Below, in pieces: positions 54,586-64,000 of a DNA stretch of 64,000 nt. Under the pieces are notes generated by a model. The model did not search any database, was not told the DNA's origin, and saw nothing but the letters and a program-made list of their open reading frames with translations. The DNA is from Trichoplax adhaerens (taxonomy: Eukaryota > Animalia > Placozoa), in contig NW_002060945.1 in NCBI RefSeq assembly GCF_000150275.1, positions 7,569,684-7,633,683 of the forward strand, in the 5' to 3' direction. Numbering within the stretch: position 1 is the stretch's first letter; every line of letters starts with the position of its first letter. The position numbers and the translations under genes were made by a program.

Positions 54586-54742
54586 CCGTACAGTACCCTG
54601 TACGGTATTGCAGTACAGTACTATACTGTAGACTATCAGCCAGCCGTGGGCATTCTGTGTCGTATCGTACAAGCCTTAAAGCAGCTAGGGTACAGTGCAA
54701 AGTACTGCAGACCACAGTACGTACAGTCGAGTACTGTAGTAA
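54586..54742. repeat. TACAGTAC-rich island upstream of INSIG
   Basis: Repeated gtacagtac, tactgtag and cagtac words. Confidence 0.65.
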
Positions 54743-54750
54743 AGGTTACA

Positions 54751-54850
54751 GTGGACGTGATGTCAATGGAGTGAGGTGGTGAACTGTTCTTCCAAGAAAG
54801 AGACTACGCATGTGCCATCTTGTAAGGTGATTGATAGCCAACCAATCAAA
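54751..54850 (-). promoter_or_regulatory. Candidate sterol-regulatory elements plus CCAAT box upstream of INSIG
   Basis: Minus strand reads CTCACTCCAT (54766-54775; fits TCACNCCAY), ATCACGTCCAC (54751-54761) and ATCACCTTAC (54822-54831); CCAAT at 54842-54846. Confidence 0.5.
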
Positions 54851-56504
54851 TTGCGTCTCGGCCGTTGACGATCGCATGACATCTTGGTCTGCAACAGCTT
54901 AATACTGACGGCTTCAACTACTGGTTAAGTGGTTATCCCACTCAATCATTCATTCATTCGCCATAGTGCTCGATCAACAGATCGTATGACGAGTCAGGAG
55001 GATGATCTATCCAGTAAGGAGGAAAATCCATATCCAAATTATTCCCTAACATTAGTATACAAAGAAATATCCAAAAATAGTGGCCAATTTGCCAACGTCT
55101 GTCATTTAAATGGCACTTTAAATATCAAATGACTTTCCACACACCCTGCTAATGTTAGGGTTAGGGTCAAGCTAAAAGGACAACTTGATCCTACGACCAG
55201 AATGAAGCAATCTTTAGACATTGATACACTCGGCTAAATTGTCTTTCAACAAATCTCAATAATGACCCAAAGTCATTTCATGGCAATTGAGCTTACGGTC
55301 AATAAACCAGCTAATGGTCTAGAGTTGATTAGTGTCTCATCCATGCATAACATTTCAACACCAAGGGACCCATTCATAAAGCACATTGCTAAATCATGGA
55401 TAAAAACAACAATGTCAGTGTTGATACAATAATACTTATTCAATCACCAATCTGTTCATGGATCAGTTCCGGTTCTGAGCATTTTTGCGAGCAATCGATT
55501 AGACGTATACGGGTATGTAGTTCAAGGCGTCCAGGATACGGTACAATATTAAAATTTGCTCCACGCTTTTCACAGGCGTAAATGACTCTATCAAGTTCAA
55601 CCTTCACGGAGTAATTCAATCATTCAAGAAATTAAACCAGCATCAATACTTCCCTTGAATATCACCATTTACTGTATAAACTGTACTGGACTTTACAGTA
55701 TTGATAGTCCACTAGCTTATACGTACTGTCAATACTCTTTCATCAATGGAAAGAATCTTGTTTGCATGATATTGGATTGGATTCAAATTGGTAAACAATG
55801 CTTAGCAAATAATGACAGGTACGGTAGAGTACTTGAGCAAAGACAACAGATATCGTCAAATTTTGACACTATGCAAAGTGTGCATACTTCTGTGTCTTAA
55901 CGAGTGACCTCATACGGTTCCTATATTGCCAGAATTGTTAGCCATTGCATTATTACGTACGCATGGATGCAACCTGCAATCGCAATTCTATGATTACTTT
56001 TGATCAAGACTAAAATCGTCGCGCATTCATGTGTAATGAACTTCTACTACATAGACAATTGATATCCATCACTGGCTACCATAGTCCCTGTTATACATGC
56101 ACCTTAAGGGTTAAATACAAATCGATCCAAAATAAATACGGAAAATGTTTTATTGCCTACAATGACAACTACTTGAATCGAACTGTCATATAAAAAAAAT
56201 CAATTCATTTCAGATAGAAGCCTAAAATAGGAATAAATTTGTGGAATCAAGTCGTCACCACTTCTGCAGGAGAAGTATATACTGAATAGATATAGATATA
56301 GATATATGTATATAATGAATTAATCGATGTATTCCAATCACGCACAAATGACAACTTAGAATCAATAAGGTATAATAATTACAGTAAATCCAATCAGAAA
56401 GTCGTAAAAACCTTTGCAGTTTGCGTTGAAACCCAAATTATTGAAATTTACATTAGTCAACAAAATATCTGTCAAATAAAATTTAGTTCGATAGGAAGCA
56501 ATCT

Positions 56505-59500
56505 TCACAGAAGCCTTTTATGTACAATCTCATAAATCAATAAATGTCTGAAGTATGGCATATTTTCCTATAAAAAAATTAGACATAGAAGTGATCTCCT
56601 GGTTACAATAGATATAAAGAGAGATAGTACAGTATATAGTCATGTATCTTTCGCTAAAGAGAACTAACCTGCTCGAAAGCCAAAGGGAGGTCACGAGAAA
56701 CGCAATCTGCAAACTAATAAAATGCAGCATTATCAACAACGAAAACCTTACAGTACTTATAGCTTTTCGTTTTTTACATAACAAGTAATAGATATCACAC
56801 TCGAAAAGCTGACAACTTATTAAGGCTACCTTGCAAGCAAAGACACCACAGTCGGATCCATTCATTTGCTGTGGCACGTCCTAAAGAAGAGATGCAAAGT
56901 ATTTGCATTAAAAAAAATTAAAAATGTCAAACTATATAATATAATCGTAGTCAATTATAGTACCTTAACCATTATGCTGTTCCATTCTGATACGTCATAT
57001 TCTTTTTGCCTTTTATCTTTGGATTCTTTACCGATATACTCTCTAAAAATATTAGCAATATTGTATGGAAGATAGCAATAAGCTAAGTCTACGTTAAATT
57101 CCAAGGCACTTACAACAGCGTATCGACGCATTTATAATTACTCCCAAGCATGGAATCATAATATTTCACTTCCTTCTTACGAAAATCAATTGTCTACAGT
57201 AGAAACAGAAATAATTCACGGTAAGGTAAAATTTCGTGCTGAATATACGCAAAATAATACTCTTTGTCATTCGTACCGCTAAACACCAATGAACTCCCAG
57301 ATGTATAGGTATTAACAATAGATCAAATTGAAATATATCCACCTACATGATAGGTTACACGCGATCGAATTAAATTGAACTATTTATTAGTAACGAAAAA
57401 AATTGGATTCAATCTTGTACTAAACATGCATACAGTTTAAATCTGTATCGAATGTGGTGATCAATGCAATAAAATTTAAACCTTTTTCGTCCATCGTCTA
57501 ACGCTAGAATATCCTTGGCTTGATAGTTTCGGATAAAAAAATGTATTGAAGACATGTACCTTGGGCAGTGACTTCATAAATAAACCAAACAATAATGTTC
57601 ATCAAAATCCGCTTACAATTAATATACGGTTTAAAATATTCTAAAAATACCTTTTCATTTTGACTTCTTCTTGAAATTAAATTAAAATAAAAGTTGATAA
57701 CCTACAAGACAGAATTAAATAATTAAAACGTAAAAGATATGTACCATTTGTTGGCCATTTACCCAATCTCTTGCCTTGTGTAAACAATTCTTGTTATATC
57801 TAAGTTTGTAGTAATGCAGCTAACTTGAATGATGCAGTAGCTATTTACAAACCTCATCATTTAGCCAATTACAATTCGATAATGTTTTAATATCTGATCG
57901 TGTAATCGTTATATTAAACTCTTCCGATAATACTTTGTTATTAGGTCCTCCATGTAAGGCGGAATTGATCTGAAAAAAATAGAAACAGCCTTAAAGGGTT
58001 TACAATCTTAAAGTAATATCTTTGAAGGTGGAAGTTTACTAAAATATAACTCACAGCTTCTTTCATGCAGTTGTCCAAAGTTGGAAAAAGATTCGCGGGT
58101 TCTATTTTCTTTTCATCCTTTATAATATCAATCTGTAAATAGAGAGTAAAGCTATATGGACCGTAGCATGATTGCAATAGTCTATCAAAAACGTCACTGA
58201 CCTCTTGTATTAATTTATCGATCGATTTCTCCTTCTATATAGAAACACAGTAATATGATATTAGCTCTTCATTAAAATCGATTCTACTAAATAATCGTCA
58301 ATTACCATCACATCAATGTTCTTTAAGTTGCCCGATTCCCTTTCAATTTCTTTACGAATTTTAATTTCTTCTTTAGTTTTTTCTTTCCTAGAAATTGACC
58401 ATACAGTACAACATCAACTCTGACATACCAAATAAAGGCTCTAAAATGAACATAATATATACCATTTATTTAACCATTCGAGATCGTAAGTACTTCCTGA
58501 AATTTTTCTTGATGAACGATCCAGATTACTAACAAAAAAACGTCCACTTGTTAGCGGAAGTATTTTCCAAAAGTATAATTACAAGATATTGCAGTAATTA
58601 CCCAGGTTTTCGTGACTTAAGACTAACACCAAGGACGGCATCATCTAAAGTTTATCAGGAGTAAATACATAATGCCAACTCGTACCTAGTTAATCTACTA
58701 ATCAGTATAATTAAAATTACCTGCTGATTTAAATGAGTCGTCCATTGGGCCAGAAGAGTGATCATTTGTAATCTTATGATCGTTAATCTGCTTATTAGAC
58801 AAGTGAATACTGGAAAGACAATAGAGAATTTCGTTTTACAATCGTGTGAAAGTTATCCAATTTAAAGGTATACAATAATTATTTTATAATGGTATACCTA
58901 ATCGATTCATTTGTCGCATCTGAGTGAAGAGGTGAAAGCTCATGGTTTCCCTCATATCCAGTCGTTAATTTCTCCGTTAATCTGCGTGTTGACGTAAATT
59001 TTTGAGCATCATTTGATATTGGCGTACTGGTATGCAGCTGTATGAGCTTAGCATACTTTTTCTTCTCCTTTATTCGAATAACCTAAGTGTCATATCGTAA
59101 TTGTTTTTCAGTTTAACTGACCCTTGGCAAATTTCAAATTAATAAATATAGCAGTTACATTGTCTATAGTCTTTGGTGATCTATCGTCTATAAAAGACAA
59201 TGCAGGATTAAGTGCCAGTACAGAGTTTGGACGAAGCGGGGCATTTGTATTGTCCGAATTGTCCTTGCAAATGAAACATTCTTCAAATGCTTCCTAACAG
59301 ATGAATTGTATCATCAGATTATTCAAAGCAGGCGATCATAAATGATATACGCATAGTCCTGAGTTGTAAATATTCTATTTTATTCCTTTCAAAATGTCAC
59401 CTCGTGACTTTGTTTAAATACTTCACGGCCAATTCGGGTCGATTGCTGCTTTTTCATGGGTTTGCTTTGTATCATTTTAGGCGATGAATTTAATGGCGGA

Positions 59501-60565
59501 CGGTGATAAATGTTTCTACCGTCTTCTTTCATTCCATTACTGTCGTGTTCTGTTTTATTGTTAAAAATCAACAATAGAATTAGCAACAAAGTTGTAATAA
59601 GATTCCAACTATATCTAAAATGACGGCTGTCATGTAAAAAATAAAAGCGTGCGCAAGATTTCTTGTAGCATAATGTACTGTGTAGAAGCAGTACGTTGTA
59701 CAATTGCTTGCTTTACATAGAGATTTGAATATTACGTACCAATACTAGCTTTAGCTTGTCTTCGCTTTGGAGGAGTCTTGAAACAATTTATAGATCAATA
59801 ATAACGCGATTATCAGTACAGTAGTACTATAAACTACATATTGAAATAAATTTGTGCTAAAGATCACTATTATTAGCTACATATTTTTTAAGCCTGGAAT
59901 GATTCATTACCTGTAAACTATCTAAACTATTGTCACTATTATTAGACATTGATGGAGAGGTATCCCTACACAAACAATATGATTGTTAAAGTTAGAAATA
60001 GCATAACGATATAGAAGTATCGTTGATATGAAATTATCTTGCAATCAAGGTTCGAATAACATACGTTATCCTGTGGCTAAAATTAAGTATCGCGTTTCGG
60101 AGAAACTGTGAAAGATAGTCCTTAGCTTTTTCAAAACCACTAAAAATTCCTTCTACGATTAAAATTTGATGAAAGAATTTATTATAAATGAAGACACACG
60201 TATGCCAAATGGCGCTGCAGGTAAGATTTATAACTGCATACTGAATACAAAATATTATTTGTAGTTGTTCATTAACAGAATAACGAGATAGTAAAGTACT
60301 GTCGTTTTCATTTATTAAATGAGGGTTATATAGAATGTTATATATAGTAGTCATTAACAGGATAACAAAATGGTACAATATTGTAGTTTTCATTTATTAA
60401 ATAAGGGTTAAAAATAAACGAGGAACCACCGAAAATTTTTCAAGATGAATTTAATGCTAGATTTGTAATCTACTTGCGTTGCAAGATACGCGCGCGGATA
60501 CAGGTATACGAGTACTTACGCTGCTTAAGAGCAGTTAGCAAAAATTTATAAAGTACTTACAACAT
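56505..60565 (-). CDS. SUMO-specific protease, SENP1/SENP2 type (Ulp1, peptidase C48), multi-exon
   Basis: WLNDE|[17 protein letters not shown]...[19 protein letters not shown] (His), YYDSMLG (Asp), [15 protein letters not shown] (Cys), [18 protein letters not shown]. Phase-consistent 5' exons lead back to an ATG at 60565; the 5' end is less certain than the protease domain. Confidence 0.9.
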
Positions 60566-63500
60566 GGAGAAGTCACAATTTTGACGTCTTTAGCAGGAGT
60601 AGTTACTCGTAGTATGATTTTATGAGAACTAACTACTTTACTACCAACGCAGGTGGATGATGATGCCGTCAGTACACGTGGCTATTTCTCGACAACATGA
60701 AGCCTGCACTGTACTCATTTGGGACTTATTAAACTATTCTGAAATGATACAGATGAGAGAGCGTACAGAAGTAGGTGTGAAATTTAAAAATGCCCTGGGT
60801 CGAACGTTTTCGCACATTGAAAGTACTTCTTTACAGCCATATCTTTCTACATATGTGATCATTAAGTGTTTTAAATTGATTTACGATGTAAATAATGGTA
60901 ACATGGTATTATTATGCTGTAATGACAGCCTGTAAAAGCTTTCATTTCTAATAATGAACAATTTCTGACTAATTGGTTATTAATTACTGAACAACGCAAA
61001 AGTTGGCAATTAAAATCATGATGGAGAATTTAGTCTGGTTAATTACTTTTACTAAATGTTGATCATGTCAATTTCACATCGATCTTTAACGTCGGTCTAG
61101 GACTGGGCTACAGTAAATGGACTCTTTTTATGTACCGTACGTCTGTCAGTTTTTCTTTTACTACTCGGTTAGGGTAAAATATAATATAATATAAAACTAC
61201 CTATGGTGATTTAACCTAATCAGAGATAATATTTCAAACAGTAAAGCAGTCTGCTCTTTCATATCTACATTGAGCTTCTTCCCAGCAATTTTTAGCTTAA
61301 TTTTACTAATGCTAGAGCATGCATTAGTGCATAAAATTGAACTGTTATTTCCTTCATCCCGTGTGATGGTCTTTCTGTGCTACTGAAGGAAAAAAGGTCA
61401 AGCACGTTGTGATTGCGAATTGCAAACTATGACTAAATAGCAGTAGTGTTAATAAAGTGCAGTTACTGTAGCACCAAAAAAAGAATTGGGGATCATTTCA
61501 AAGTCATGTACGGTTATCTTTATCACCGAAAAAAGCATAATTCGTATACTAAATTTTTGGGGGATAATTCAGCCTAGTTATAAGAACTTTCTCAACACTC
61601 TCCAAACACCCTTTACACTAATTTAATATTTGTGTAGCTAGTACTACAACACGATGGATTGTGTAATTGATTAAATATCAATTTGGAAAGGCAACGGCAA
61701 ATGTCGTAGGACTCGTAGCGCTCTACTGTGCACAGACACCATCAACAGTAACACCGTACTTACCTATTGGAGATGACTTTGCCTTTTTAGGTGGAAATTC
61801 CTATTTGATAAACAGAAGACACAAGCAACAGTATTGTCAAAGAAATCAAACTCCCATAGTTTACTAAGAACAACATTACTTATTAAGAAAGAGTATTTGA
61901 AGTAGCTTTATGAGACCGTACATTACTTATTGATTTCGATTAGCAATGATACTAAGTATAACATTTTAAATCATAAACGTGAAGTTTATGACATGTATGT
62001 TCAAGTATTGTGTATGAGTAACAACTAAGAGAGTTTATTAAGATTTGAAGAATGCTTAACGCGATTAATATGAGCAGTGTAGTGATAATAACGATGAGAA
62101 TATTCGACTTACCATTGGAGAATAATTGTCTTCCAAGCTAGACAAGAAAATGAAGACAAGAATATAAAGTGTGAAATGACAATCAAGGGTTCAAAAATGA
62201 ATATTTATAGAAAACGTGTTATTAATAAGTTAAGGGGATTGAACAGGGGAATACAGATTCTATTGTAGCTTTGATGGTGTAAATGTAATCAGCTATCGTT
62301 CTACTGCAATATTGGATCAATCTATGCTCGTTTTTTATGCTAGCAGGTGGTAAAAAACACACAAGTAAACACGAGATCAAAATAGTTTACTAGTATTTCT
62401 TTGCATTGAACATCGACTTAAAGGCATGATACAAATTTTTAACCACGTTGCCATCAAATTAACAATACTACAAAGCAAAACTGCGTTAAAGGATATGACA
62501 AAATCGTCCGTATGCGGAAAGAATCATTTTGAAACATAGAATAATCACGGACAAGTATTTGAAATGATTTTTTTCAACTTCTTGCAATAAGACAACCCAA
62601 CCCAGTGACGATCAAATCGATCTTTTTTTACTCTTCATTAATCGTATCCAAAAAATGTCGAATGAATTCATCATGTGGTTCATTCGTTGCGATATAATTC
62701 TTATAGCTACAGCCATCCATTATTGAATGCCTTACGTTCTTCCTTGACCATCTTGTACTCATCAAGCGAAAATTACCTTTATAGCTGATCAAGAATTGCA
62801 ATCGATTGAATCATGATAACTGCGTTGTTACCCATTTTCTCCAGTGAAAAATTGCGGTTAAGTTAATTCAAGAAGTCAGTGGGGAATCTTTGAGGGTATT
62901 GTGCATACATTAGGTTATAAACTGTACAATATCAAGGTGCTAATGCAGTCCATAATGACATCTAATTATACAAGTTGAAAGTTTTGTTTACACTTTTTGA
63001 TTAATTAATTCATTATTGCCATGGACGTACCATCGATAAAATTGATCATTTTCCATCAGTCCGTATAAACTTTTTATGACGGAATCACGATTTGGTCATA
63101 GGATTACTAGTTGTCTTTTAAGTACATTTTCACTGTTGTGTTACCTACACAGCTTGTGTGCTAGTCCATATTGGCTAGTCATGATGCGATAGTTTTGACA
63201 AGTATTCAATGAGATGCAATGACTGATTTTCAAATCTACTCATTCTGATATTAGACGACTGCAATCTCCGCCAATCATTTTGTAGCCTTGTCATATTAGA
63301 TCTATTGAAACTCTCATCAATGGCGATGATGCTTCCTTGTAGGTTTTACGACTGTCTTGCTACAAAGGCTGATCACTGCTAGCGGTATAAATTCAACAAT
63401 ATTGTGTGACTTTCAAATGGATTAACATTGATTCTATTACAGCAAAAGTCCATCTAGTCGTATAATGTTGGTGCACTCTCTCCTAGTCATCTTCAATTAG

Positions 63501-64000
63501 GCATCTTTAAAATACTCATTCCCTATTCCCCAAAATTACGATCTTTCCTCATGTCATGCATGGATTGATACAAACACACTATATTGACTATAGCGTCATC
63601 AATTTAATATGCTAACTACTGTAGTTTACGACCAGCATTGGAAATGGCATGATTACTGACTTTCCATTTACTCATTCTAGTGGAAATGCATCTATCAACG
63701 ATCTATTAGTGCATTAGAATCTCGACTTTCTGACGACAAATTCGTTCCATCCTAGCTTGACGCATACTAGTATGATGGCTTACAGCATACTACTTTGGTC
63801 TTAACAGAGATTCTAACTAATGTAATATACTGCATGCATTGAAAATGGAATATTATCGCTGACTTTATATTCACCAATTCTAGTGCAAATTCATCTGGTG
63901 ATGAGTTAACTATTAGGGCATTCTATTCTCGACTTCATTAGTTTATTATAACAATTGCTTATGCTAACTATATCATGGATTTGTACGTACTATGCCATCC

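Noticed and set aside
54929-56150. Possible + strand transcript divergent from INSIG
   Set aside because: Isolated donor-like sites and short ORFs, with no coherent gene model or clear snoRNA boxes.
25705-61175. Scattered TTAGGG/CCCTAA words (~25754, 28441, 48551, 55154, 61167) as telomerase template or interstitial telomeres
   Set aside because: Only one or two units each, with no supporting RNA structure visible.
62400-63800. Coding-looking but stop-ridden minus-strand stretch, possible pseudogene
   Set aside because: No recognisable domain or long frame; a blastx search would be needed.

Overview
AT-rich, intron-rich eukaryotic DNA from a compact animal genome. Short GT-AG introns and gene content resemble a placozoan such as Trichoplax (inference; not verified). 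Genes in order, spliced by hand: MINDY4/FAM188B (+); four tandem two-exon SDR9C-type (RDH16/HSD17B6-like) dehydrogenases (+) in two paralogue pairs separated by a MITE-like element and a satellite; a small spliced orphan ORF (+); a PNKD/glyoxalase II-like gene (-); a PLAT-domain lipoxygenase (-); AMPK gamma (-); INSIG (-); and a SENP1/2-type SUMO protease (-). The main feature missing from the ORF track is a spliced non-coding snoRNA host gene (+, about 48761-50490) with a pyrimidine-rich start, transcribed divergently from AMPK gamma. One intron holds a clear U14 snoRNA and two others hold box C/D candidates with unassigned targets. Also notable: SRE-like and CCAAT sites upstream of INSIG, TACAGTAC-rich islands at three promoters, a lipoxygenase with an acylation-like N-terminus and Ala at the Coffa site, gene conversion sparing the substrate loops in SDR copies 3/4, and a gene set whose human homologues lie mostly on the HOX-bearing chromosomes.
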